From the NCBI GenBank assembly GCA_029547265.1, contig JAKPPP010000426.1, positions 9,206 through 73,205 on the forward strand: a DNA stretch of 64,000 bases, written 5' to 3'. The DNA is from Bacteroidota bacterium. Its GTDB lineage: Bacteria; Bacteroidota; Bacteroidia; AKYH767-A; OLB10. The notes under the pieces were generated by a model. It saw only the letters and a list, made by a program, of their open reading frames with translations, had not been told where the DNA came from and made no database searches. Positions 19,971 to 29,152 of this stretch are shown in pieces. Within the stretch, counting starts at the first letter, position 1; every line of letters begins with the position of its first letter. A program made the position numbers and the translations under genes.

Positions 19971-22900
19971 ATGAAAAAATTATTAACGCTTTTACTCCTA
20001 TTCTTTACAATAGGGGTAGTTGACAGCTATGGATCTCACCTGATGGGAGGTGAAATCACATGGATATGCCAACGCACCGGGCCTAATACGGGTCGGTTTA
20101 AATTTACGGTAAAGCTTTACCGTGACTGTAACGGAATCTCAGCGCCTCCGTCTGTATCCTTATCATCAAATGCGCCAGGCTTGGGGGGTGGCGTGTTTTG
20201 TAATCAGGTTTCGGTATTAGACTTATCTCCTGTTGGGCCGGGTTGTCCAACATGTGCAGTTCCCGGAGGAAAACCCAATGCCGTGCTCGAATGTATTTAC
20301 GAGTCATCGTTTATTAATATCACCGGAGTACCACCTGCAACAGGTTGGTATTTTTCATATTCAGATTGTTGTAGAAATGGAGTAACAAATCTGGCAAATA
20401 CTGGATCAGGATATTTTACTTTAAGAGCATTGATGTTTCCATATAATGCTACAAACACTAATCCATGTTACGATAATTCACCACGTTTCGCTGAGCGTCC
20501 TCAATTGGCGACAATGATTGGTAATCTTACCACTTATTCTGCCAACGCAGTTGATGAAGATGGTGATTCATTACACTATGATTGGGGACAACCATTAGAC
20601 GGGTCATCATTTGCATCAAGTACAAATTATCCGTTTGCTGCTAATTATACTTATCAAACACCTTTACCAAATCCTATACAAAATCCATTAAACCAATCAG
20701 CAACATTAGATCCCAATTCAGGTACTGTTACTTTCACTCCGTTCACAGTTGGATCATTTGTAACTGTTACTAAAGTTAGCTCATTTCGTTGCGGGATAAA
20801 AATTGCAGAAGTATATCGAGAAATTCAAATTTCGTTATTACCGAGTGTAATTGTTGCTAATAACACCGGTTTAACTATTGGTAATACCCCTCCGGATATT
20901 AATGCAGTTGTACTACCACCCTCTTTTCAATCTTATGGAGTAAATCAATTTGTGGATACCGTATTTGCGGGGGATACGGTAAAACTGCCAATAACTGCCT
21001 ATGATTTTGAGCATGTCACAACAAATCCCACTTCTGCATTTCAATCTGTTTCATTCGACGTAACGGGAATAGAATTAGATGCAACGGAGACAGCGAATAC
21101 AGGCGCATGCCCATTTGCACCTTGTGCATATGTTGATAAAGCCGTACCAACTCCTTACACAATTGCTGCCGCCTCGATTCAATTTAATTGGGTTACTGAC
21201 TGTAATCACTTAGCAAAAACTGTAGGATGTATTAGTTTAAAGAATACTTATAATTTCGTTGTAAAAGCACTTGACAATTTCTGTCCTTCGCCATCGGTAA
21301 ACTTCTACACCTTCTCCATAGTTGTAGTTGCCCCTCCGGAAATGGATCCGTCGCTAATTTATTGTGCAGATGTTCAATCCAATGGAAATGTTACTTTAAC
21401 ATGGGATATTCCATCTGATACGGGAGTAGTTGATACAAATAAATATTTCCATAAACATTACATCTATCGTTCTGTTGCAAATGGTCCGTTTGCACTACTC
21501 GATAGCGATAGCGTAATAACTAATTTATCGTATACTGATTTAACGGCTAATGCAAATACAGGTTCAATCCGTTATTATTTGGAAACAAAATCAGGATGTG
21601 ATTTAAGAGCACGTCAACAATCGGATACCATATCAACAATGTTTTTGCAAGTTTCTCAAGTAGGAACTAATGCAAGTTTAACGTGGAATCCACTAGATGT
21701 TCCAAATCCAATAGGATCTCATAGTAAATATTATATCTATAAAGAAACTCCTGTAGGATCAGGGACATTTGTATTGCTTGATTCAACATCAGCAACAACA
21801 TATTTAGATCCTGTAACCGTATGTAATGACTCAATCAATTACTATATTCGTTTACATAACGACATTAGAAATTGTGATTCAAAATCAAATATTGAAGGTG
21901 CACAATTACAAGCTGCAGCACCGGTAATAAATCCTCCATCACTAAGATGTGTTAGTGTATTGCCAAATGAAGATATTCAAATCAGCTGGGTAGGAACTAC
22001 CGATACCGCATCATATTTTAGTAGCTACGAAGTATATCATTCATTAAGTTTAGGAGGACCTTATACATTAGTGGGATCAGTAACTAACTATGCGGCCAAT
22101 ACTTTCACTCATGTTGGAGCACAGGGAAATTCACAACCTCATTACTATCATGTAACTACAAAAGCAGGATGTGATGCTACAACAGTTACTGAATCAACTA
22201 CAACATCAGCCAACCTTTGTTCAATGAAATTAAACTTGAACAATGCAAATGTCGGATTTGCAGATTTAACTTGGAATGCTATTAGTACTCCTCTTCCTGC
22301 TACTTCAGTTGGATTGTATTCTGTTTACAGACGAGTAACGCCAACGGTTGCATGGACTTTAAGAGGTACTACTGCTAACTTAACCTTTAGAGATACAGTA
22401 ACTCTTTGCGATACTATTATTGAATATAAAGTTACTATTGATGATGCATCAGGATGCATTTCCACATCATCAGATTCAGCAGCTCGATTCACTTCACAAG
22501 GAGATATTATTGCGAATCCATCTTTAAGATGTTTAGCGGTTCAAGCAAATGGTGATGTACAATTATCTTGGTTAGCGCCAAGTGATCCTGATAATTTCTT
22601 CTCTAAATATGAAGTGTATTCATCATCAAATGCCGCAGGCCCTTTTACCTTAGTAGGTACAGTTAATACTTACAATGCAGGTGGATTTCTTCATACCGGA
22701 GCCGGCGCAAATTCAGGAAGTAAATATTATTATGTAAAAACCTATTCAGGATGTACAGGTTTAGCGGACAATGGTAGTACTAGCGATACATTAAAAACAA
22801 TGTATCTAACAGTAAATAACGCTACATTAGGATCTGCTATTCTTACTTGGAATGCTATGCACAATCCTGCATTGCCTAGTGCTGCCGCAACTTATACTAT

Positions 22901-25900
22901 TAAGAAACGAGCAACGGGAGTTGGAGGATATACTACAGTTGGCACTACTTCTAACCTGACTTATACCGACAATATTTCTGTATGTAATGATCCGTTAGAA
23001 TATATTGTAGAATTAACTGATAACGCTCCGTGTACTTCAGTTTCTTCTGCTGCAAATGCAACCTTCACCTACTTAGGAAATGTTATCAATAATCCTGATT
23101 TAAGATGTCTTAGCGTTCAAAATAACGGACAAATACTATTATCGTTTATTCCTCCTGCAGGTGCTTCAACCAACTTCAACGAATATGAAATTTGGAGAGA
23201 TGACGGAACTGGATTTGTGAAATATGATTCCGTTTCAACATTTGGTGCGTTAAATTATACTGACATTAATGCAAACGGTAATAACCAATCATATAGCTAT
23301 TACATGTTATCTCAGTCGGGTTGTACCGGACAAGTTAACAGTTTAGCTAACTCACAAACTTTAAGTTCAATTTACTTAACTACCACTCCGGTTCTAGGAC
23401 AAGCTAACTTAAATTGGACTGGTTTAGCAGCAACTATCCCTGTAACTAGTACAACAGGACAATATGATATCTATTCTTCTTATAATGCAGGAGGTTCATT
23501 GCAATTGTATGGAGATACAAATAAGTTAGTTTACTCTCAGCCGATTGTAAATTGCGATACTACATTACGTTACCAAATCAAATTAGTAGATAATAGCGGA
23601 TGCGTATCAACTTCAAATGTTGATACAAACGACTACACGTATATTGGTAACATCATTAACAATCCTGATTTACGATGCGTAAGTGTTCAAAACAACGGAC
23701 AAATCGTACTGAATTATCTTGCTCCATCGGGTTCATCGGCCGATTTCAATGAATATGAAATCTGGAGAGATAACGGAACAGGTTATGTGAAATACGATTC
23801 AATTTCAACGTTTGGAAACGGATCTTATACAGATATCTCGGCGAATGGAAATAATCAGTCGTACGGTTATTACATGTTGACCCAATCGGGTTGTACCGGA
23901 CAAGTTAACAGTGCTTCGAATTCGCAAACGTTAAATTCAATTTACTTAACAACTACACCTGTACTTGGTCAAGCAAATCTAAATTGGACTGCGCTAACCA
24001 CACCTATTCCAGTAACGAGTACAACTGGTCAGTATGATATATTCTCATCATATAATGCAGGAGGAAGTTTACAATTATATGGAGACACAAACAAATTGGT
24101 GTATTCTCAACCGATTTCTAACTGTGATACAACATTACGCTACCAAATCAAATTGGTAGATAATAGTGGATGTATTTCAACATCAAATGTTGACACTAAC
24201 GATTATACATACATAGGTAATGTCATTAATAATCCTGATTTACGATGTGTAAGTGTTCAGAATAACGGACAAATCGTATTAAATTATCTTGCTCCATCAG
24301 GCTCATCAGCCGATTTCAATGAATTTGAAATATGGAGAGATAATGGAGCAGGTTATGTGAAATACGATTCAGTTTCAACATTTGGAAACGGAACCTATAC
24401 AGATATCAATGCGAACGGTAATAACCAATCCTATGGTTATTACATGTTGACACAATCAGGTTGTACAGGACAAGTAAACAGCACATCGAACTCACAAACA
24501 TTAAATTCGATTTATTTGACAACTTCTCCTGTTCTAGGGCAAGCGAATTTAAATTGGACTGCATTATCGACCCCTATTCCTGCAACTAGTACTACGGGAC
24601 AGTATGACATTTATTCATCATACAATTCAGGTGGTAGTTTGCAATTATATGGCGACACTAACAAATTGGTGTATTCCCAACCTATATCAAACTGTGATAC
24701 AACATTACGCTACCAAATTAAATTAGTCGATAATAGCGGGTGTATTTCAACATCGAATGTTGACACCAACGATTATACATACATTGGAAATGTAATTAAC
24801 AATCCGGATTTACGATGCGTGAGTGTTCAGAACAACGGACAAATCTTGTTGAACTTTATTCCTCCTGCAGGCTCATCGGCCGATTTCAATGAATTTGAAA
24901 TTTGGAGAGATAACGGTGCGGGATATGTGAAATATGATTCTATTTCAAGTTACACTGCTACTACTTACACAGATATCAATGCGAATGGAAATACCCAAAC
25001 GTATGGATACTATATGTTAACGCAATCGGGTTGTACAGGACAAGTAAACAGTGCCTCAAATTCGCAATCATTAAATTCTATTTATTTAACGACTACTCCT
25101 GTACTAGGGCAAGCGAATTTAAATTGGACGGCCTTATCTACTCCTATTCCTGCTACAAGTACTACGGGACAGTATGATATTTATTCATCATACAATTCAG
25201 GTGGTAGTTTACAATTATTTGGTGACACTAACCAATTGTTATATTTCCAGCCGGTTTCTAACTGTGATACTACACTACGCTACCAAATTAAATTAGTAGA
25301 TAATAGCGGATGTATTTCAACATCAAATGTTGATACAAACGACTATACCTATATAGGTAATGTAATTAATAATCCGGATTTACGATGCGTGAGTGTTCAG
25401 AATAATGGCCAAATTCTATTGAACTTTATTCCTCCGGTAGGATCATCAACTGATTTCAACGAATTTGAAATTTGGAGAGATAATGGAACGGGATATGTGA
25501 AATATGATTCTATCTCAAACTACTCAGCTACAACATACACAGATATTAATGCGAATGGAAATAACCAATCGTATGGATATTACATGTTAACGCAGTCAGG
25601 ATGTACAGGACAAGTAAATAGTGCATCGAATTCGCAATCATTAAATTCGATTTACCTGACTTCAACACCGGTACTTGGACAAGCGAATTTAAATTGGACG
25701 GCGTTATCGAGCCCATTACCGGGGACAAGTGTTACCGGTCAATATGACATTTTTACGTCTTACAATGCTTCAGGAAACCTTCAAATTTTAGGCGACACGA
25801 ATCAATTAGTGTACTTTGAAGGAATCAATAACTGCGACACAACATTACGTCATCAAGTTAAAGTGACAGACAATAGCGGTTGCGTATCTGTATCGAATGT

Positions 25901-28900
25901 CGACACTAATTTATTTACGTATATCGGAAATGTAATTAACAATCCTGATTTACGTTGCGTAAGTGTACAAAGCAACGGTCAAATTGAATTGAGTTTCATT
26001 CCTCCTAGTGGATCCAATATAAACTTCAATGAATATGAAATTTGGAGAGATAATGGTACCGGATATGTGAAATACGACTCTGTATCGACATTTGGAGCTG
26101 TAAATTATACGGATATAAATGCCAACGGAAACAATCAATCATACGGATATTATATGTTAACACAATCGGGTTGTACCGGGCAAGTTAACAGTACGTTGAA
26201 TTCGCAATCATTAAATTCGATTTACTTAACCACAACACCTGTATTAGGAACTGCGAATTTAAATTGGACAGCATTATCATCTCCATTACCGGGAAGCAGT
26301 ACAACAGGTCAATACGATGTATACTCATCTTATAATTCTGCAGGCACGCTTCAATTCTTCGGTGACACGACTCAATTAGTATATTCACAACCTATTCAAA
26401 ATTGTGATACTACTTTAAGATATCAAATTAAAGTAGTTGACAACAGTGGGTGTATTTCAACTTCAAATGTTGACACTAACCTATATACATATATCGGAAA
26501 TGTGATTGACAATCCAGAGATGAGATGTGTAACTGTAAATTCACCTAGCGGACAAACACAATTAACTTGGGTTAACCCAACTCCAACAAGTTGGATTAAC
26601 TTCAACCAATACGACTTATACCGAAACACCGGATCTGGATTTACATTGATTGACTCAGTTCAATCGAATGGTATTACTAGCTATACTGATGTAAATGCAA
26701 ACGGATATAACGGTTCAGTAAGTTACTACTTGGTTACAAAATCGGGTTGTACCGGTAAAGTAGACAATGGAACGTTAGGTAACGCAATTAGTTCACTCTA
26801 CCTAAAAGTAACCGGAGGAAATACAACAACGGCAACTTTAAATTGGAATGCACCATCAAACCCATTATTACCTACCTCATCGGGTAGTTATTTAGTGGAA
26901 CGCCAACAACCTGCCGGAACAGGAACATGGACGACAGCTGCTAACGTAACCACAACATCATTTACTGAGCCATTAACATTATGTATCGATTCAGTAAACT
27001 ATAGAGTTAGTATAAATGATAATATTGGATGTACATCAATGTCGAATTATGATGGAGAAACATTTGTAGATCATACAATACCGGTTTCGCCTTCATTAAG
27101 ATGTGCATCGGTTCAAACTAACGGAGATGTAGTATTAAATTGGGTTGCACCTGTAGATACCGGAATGAAGTTCGGCAGCTATTTGATTTACTCATCGAAT
27201 AATGTGAATGGGCCATTCAATGCAATTCAAAACATCACAAATTACAATACAACAACCTACACACATGTTGGTGCTAATGCTCAAAATCAAAGTGTATATT
27301 ATTACATTTTAACAAAAACAGCATGCGGAGGTGAAGTATCACCTGTATCTGACACATTAAAAACAATGAAAGTTAATGTGATTAATAATAACGGAGTCGC
27401 AGTTATCAGATGGAATCCATTACATGACCCTGAATTAAGCACAGCTACTCAGTCATATAATGTACACAAAGAATACCCAACCGGAGTATGGAATGTAATT
27501 GGAACTACAACTGCTCCTGATTATATTTGGTATGATACGATTAACGTTTGTTCGGCAATAATTAATTACTTTGTTTCAACCGGAGATGCTTTAGGATGCG
27601 GATCAAATTCATCAACTGATGGGGACTTATTCAAAGACATCACTAAACCGACAGTTTCGTTACTTGATACCGTTAGTATTGATACTGCAACACAAAGTAT
27701 AGTATCTATAAGCTGGTTGCCTAGCCCTAGCGGTGATGTTGAAGGATATATCTTATATCATTTCAATGGAGCTTCATGGGATTCAATCGGATCTGTTTAT
27801 GGAATAAACACTAATAGCTTCCAAATTACTGACCCTTCAGTTCAATCGGGGCCACAACTTTATAGCATTACTGCTTATGATAGCTGCTTAAACAGAAGTA
27901 ATATTGGATCTGCACATTCTACTCTATTCCTCAAAGCGAAATTGGATGTATGTAAATATGCCATCGACTTACAATGGAATCCGTATATTAATATGGTTGG
28001 AGGTATATCTCAATACAATATATATGCTTCAGAAAATGGAGGACCATTTACACTTTTGGCAAGCGTTCCTTCAAACAATATTACTTATAGCCATAATACG
28101 TTAAACAATCATTCTTATTATTGTTACTATGTACAAGCTGTAGGAAATGTAGCCGGAAGAACATCAACATCAACTAGAGCATGTGCTACCGCAGATCTAT
28201 TAACTTTGCCAACTTACGGATATGTTAGAAAGGCTACAGTAATAGACGATCGACGAGTACTTGTTACAGCTTATGTAGACACAACAGATCAACCTGATGT
28301 AAGTAAATACAAATTGCAGCGCGCTTTCGATAAAGGAGGTCCGTTTACAACTGTAGGAGTTCAATCATACACTGGAAATCCGGATTTAACATTTGCTGAT
28401 TTCACTGCCAGAACTGATCAGTATAGCTACTACTACCGACTAGTTACAGTTGATTCATGTGGGAATGAAGTACTGAAAAGTAACATGGCTAGAACGATCT
28501 TATTGAGCGGTCAGGCACGATACAACCTAACCAATGAATTGAAATTCAATGATTACAGTGAATGGTTAGGAGGAGTAAACAACTATGCATTGTTTAGAAA
28601 AGTTGATGATGTTTGGCAAACAGCTCCTGCAGCTATTCTGCCTTTTGGACAACAAACGTATATGGATGATGTGTCATCAATTTACCAAACATCAGGTAAA
28701 TTCTGTTATCGAGTTGAAGCTTATGAAGGTGCCGGAAATATGTATGGGTACACAGATACAAGCTCATCGAATGAATTCTGTTTAATTCAAGAACCTCATT
28801 TGTTTGTGCCAACTGCATTTACTCCCGGAGGTAAAAACACCATATTTAAGCCTGAATATATCTTCATTGATGCTAAAAACTACTTCTTTGTAGTATTTAA

Positions 28901-29066
28901 TAGATGGGGACAAAAAGTATATGAATCACGAGTTCCGGGCGAAGGCTGGAACGGTGAATTTGATGGTAAAATCGCTCCTGAAGGGACGTATGTGTACACA
29001 GTTCGAATTTTTGGTACCAACGGTCAGGAGATTGAAAAGAGCGGATCCGTAACTCTGTTGCGGTAA
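19971..29066 (+). CDS. Giant cell-surface repeat protein with T9SS type-B (gliding-motility-associated) C-terminal sorting domain
   Basis: 3,031 codons from the ATG at 19971 (MKKLLTLLLLFF signal peptide; the track's TTG at 19956 adds 5 aa). The C-terminus FTPGG...VVFNRWGQKVYES...GWNGEFDG...GTYVYTV...GSVTLLR fits the type-B CTD pattern. The body is made of reiterated Ig/FN3-like modules. Confidence 0.9.
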   Translation: MKKLLTLLLLFFTIGVVDSYGSHLMGGEITWICQRTGPNTGRFKFTVKLYRDCNGISAPPSVSLSSNAPGLGGGVFCNQVSVLDLSPVGPGCPTCAVPGGKPNAVLECIYESSFINITGVPPATGWYFSYSDCCRNGVTNLANTGSGYFTLRALMFPYNATNTNPCYDNSPRFAERPQLATMIGNLTTYSANAVDEDGDSLHYDWGQPLDGSSFASSTNYPFAANYTYQTPLPNPIQNPLNQSATLDPNSGTVTFTPFTVGSFVTVTKVSSFRCGIKIAEVYREIQISLLPSVIVANNTGLTIGNTPPDINAVVLPPSFQSYGVNQFVDTVFAGDTVKLPITAYDFEHVTTNPTSAFQSVSFDVTGIELDATETANTGACPFAPCAYVDKAVPTPYTIAAASIQFNWVTDCNHLAKTVGCISLKNTYNFVVKALDNFCPSPSVNFYTFSIVVVAPPEMDPSLIYCADVQSNGNVTLTWDIPSDTGVVDTNKYFHKHYIYRSVANGPFALLDSDSVITNLSYTDLTANANTGSIRYYLETKSGCDLRARQQSDTISTMFLQVSQVGTNASLTWNPLDVPNPIGSHSKYYIYKETPVGSGTFVLLDSTSATTYLDPVTVCNDSINYYIRLHNDIRNCDSKSNIEGAQLQAAAPVINPPSLRCVSVLPNEDIQISWVGTTDTASYFSSYEVYHSLSLGGPYTLVGSVTNYAANTFTHVGAQGNSQPHYYHVTTKAGCDATTVTESTTTSANLCSMKLNLNNANVGFADLTWNAISTPLPATSVGLYSVYRRVTPTVAWTLRGTTANLTFRDTVTLCDTIIEYKVTIDDASGCISTSSDSAARFTSQGDIIANPSLRCLAVQANGDVQLSWLAPSDPDNFFSKYEVYSSSNAAGPFTLVGTVNTYNAGGFLHTGAGANSGSKYYYVKTYSGCTGLADNGSTSDTLKTMYLTVNNATLGSAILTWNAMHNPALPSAAATYTIKKRATGVGGYTTVGTTSNLTYTDNISVCNDPLEYIVELTDNAPCTSVSSAANATFTYLGNVINNPDLRCLSVQNNGQILLSFIPPAGASTNFNEYEIWRDDGTGFVKYDSVSTFGALNYTDINANGNNQSYSYYMLSQSGCTGQVNSLANSQTLSSIYLTTTPVLGQANLNWTGLAATIPVTSTTGQYDIYSSYNAGGSLQLYGDTNKLVYSQPIVNCDTTLRYQIKLVDNSGCVSTSNVDTNDYTYIGNIINNPDLRCVSVQNNGQIVLNYLAPSGSSADFNEYEIWRDNGTGYVKYDSISTFGNGSYTDISANGNNQSYGYYMLTQSGCTGQVNSASNSQTLNSIYLTTTPVLGQANLNWTALTTPIPVTSTTGQYDIFSSYNAGGSLQLYGDTNKLVYSQPISNCDTTLRYQIKLVDNSGCISTSNVDTNDYTYIGNVINNPDLRCVSVQNNGQIVLNYLAPSGSSADFNEFEIWRDNGAGYVKYDSVSTFGNGTYTDINANGNNQSYGYYMLTQSGCTGQVNSTSNSQTLNSIYLTTSPVLGQANLNWTALSTPIPATSTTGQYDIYSSYNSGGSLQLYGDTNKLVYSQPISNCDTTLRYQIKLVDNSGCISTSNVDTNDYTYIGNVINNPDLRCVSVQNNGQILLNFIPPAGSSADFNEFEIWRDNGAGYVKYDSISSYTATTYTDINANGNTQTYGYYMLTQSGCTGQVNSASNSQSLNSIYLTTTPVLGQANLNWTALSTPIPATSTTGQYDIYSSYNSGGSLQLFGDTNQLLYFQPVSNCDTTLRYQIKLVDNSGCISTSNVDTNDYTYIGNVINNPDLRCVSVQNNGQILLNFIPPVGSSTDFNEFEIWRDNGTGYVKYDSISNYSATTYTDINANGNNQSYGYYMLTQSGCTGQVNSASNSQSLNSIYLTSTPVLGQANLNWTALSSPLPGTSVTGQYDIFTSYNASGNLQILGDTNQLVYFEGINNCDTTLRHQVKVTDNSGCVSVSNVDTNLFTYIGNVINNPDLRCVSVQSNGQIELSFIPPSGSNINFNEYEIWRDNGTGYVKYDSVSTFGAVNYTDINANGNNQSYGYYMLTQSGCTGQVNSTLNSQSLNSIYLTTTPVLGTANLNWTALSSPLPGSSTTGQYDVYSSYNSAGTLQFFGDTTQLVYSQPIQNCDTTLRYQIKVVDNSGCISTSNVDTNLYTYIGNVIDNPEMRCVTVNSPSGQTQLTWVNPTPTSWINFNQYDLYRNTGSGFTLIDSVQSNGITSYTDVNANGYNGSVSYYLVTKSGCTGKVDNGTLGNAISSLYLKVTGGNTTTATLNWNAPSNPLLPTSSGSYLVERQQPAGTGTWTTAANVTTTSFTEPLTLCIDSVNYRVSINDNIGCTSMSNYDGETFVDHTIPVSPSLRCASVQTNGDVVLNWVAPVDTGMKFGSYLIYSSNNVNGPFNAIQNITNYNTTTYTHVGANAQNQSVYYYILTKTACGGEVSPVSDTLKTMKVNVINNNGVAVIRWNPLHDPELSTATQSYNVHKEYPTGVWNVIGTTTAPDYIWYDTINVCSAIINYFVSTGDALGCGSNSSTDGDLFKDITKPTVSLLDTVSIDTATQSIVSISWLPSPSGDVEGYILYHFNGASWDSIGSVYGINTNSFQITDPSVQSGPQLYSITAYDSCLNRSNIGSAHSTLFLKAKLDVCKYAIDLQWNPYINMVGGISQYNIYASENGGPFTLLASVPSNNITYSHNTLNNHSYYCYYVQAVGNVAGRTSTSTRACATADLLTLPTYGYVRKATVIDDRRVLVTAYVDTTDQPDVSKYKLQRAFDKGGPFTTVGVQSYTGNPDLTFADFTARTDQYSYYYRLVTVDSCGNEVLKSNMARTILLSGQARYNLTNELKFNDYSEWLGGVNNYALFRKVDDVWQTAPAAILPFGQQTYMDDVSSIYQTSGKFCYRVEAYEGAGNMYGYTDTSSSNEFCLIQEPHLFVPTAFTPGGKNTIFKPEYIFIDAKNYFFVVFNRWGQKVYESRVPGEGWNGEFDGKIAPEGTYVYTVRIFGTNGQEIEKSGSVTLLR
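21345..27086 (+). repeat. Zone of ten consecutive ~190-195-aa coding modules, each starting (N)P(x)(L/M)(R/I)(Y)C; an eleventh begins at about 27090
   Basis: Module anchors lie at about 21345, 21929, 22515, 23091, 23661, 24231, 24801, 25371, 25941, 26511 and 27090. Each module has four conserved Cys and two Trp-centred halves. Outer modules are diverged. Confidence 0.75.
23088..26507 (+). repeat. Six near-identical in-frame tandem repeats of exactly 570 bp (190 aa)
   Basis: The NNPDLRC codons start at 23088, 23658, 24228, 24798, 25368 and 25938, and the next (diverged, DNPEMRC) module starts at 26508. The period is exactly 570 nt each time. Many differences between copies are at third codon positions. 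Confidence 0.9.
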
Positions 29067-29085
29067 TTTTCCGGTCAACGCGTGA

Positions 29086-29117
29086 AAGGTCACCTCCCCA
29101 AGGTGGCCTTTTTTTAT
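29086..29117 (+). terminator. Rho-independent terminator of the giant gene
   Basis: AAGGTCACC / GGTGGCCTT stem (one G.U pair), 7-nt loop (TCCCCAA), then TTTTTTTATT. It starts 20 nt after the stop. Confidence 0.65.
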
Positions 29118-29125
29118 TATCTTTG
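29118..29125 (+). promoter_or_regulatory. -7 box TAtcTTTG upstream of guaB
   Basis: Exact TAnnTTTG, 35 nt before the ATG at 29153. No -33 TTTG found. Confidence 0.3.
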
Positions 29126-29152
29126 ACCGCCAATAATAGGAAGCATTCCCTT

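Noticed and set aside
23088-26507. A regular 570-bp repeat array that might be taken for a CRISPR-like or mobile repeat structure
   Set aside because: The period is far too long for CRISPR and there are no short spacers. The repeats are in frame within one continuous ORF and conserve protein sequence better than DNA, so they are coding domain repeats.
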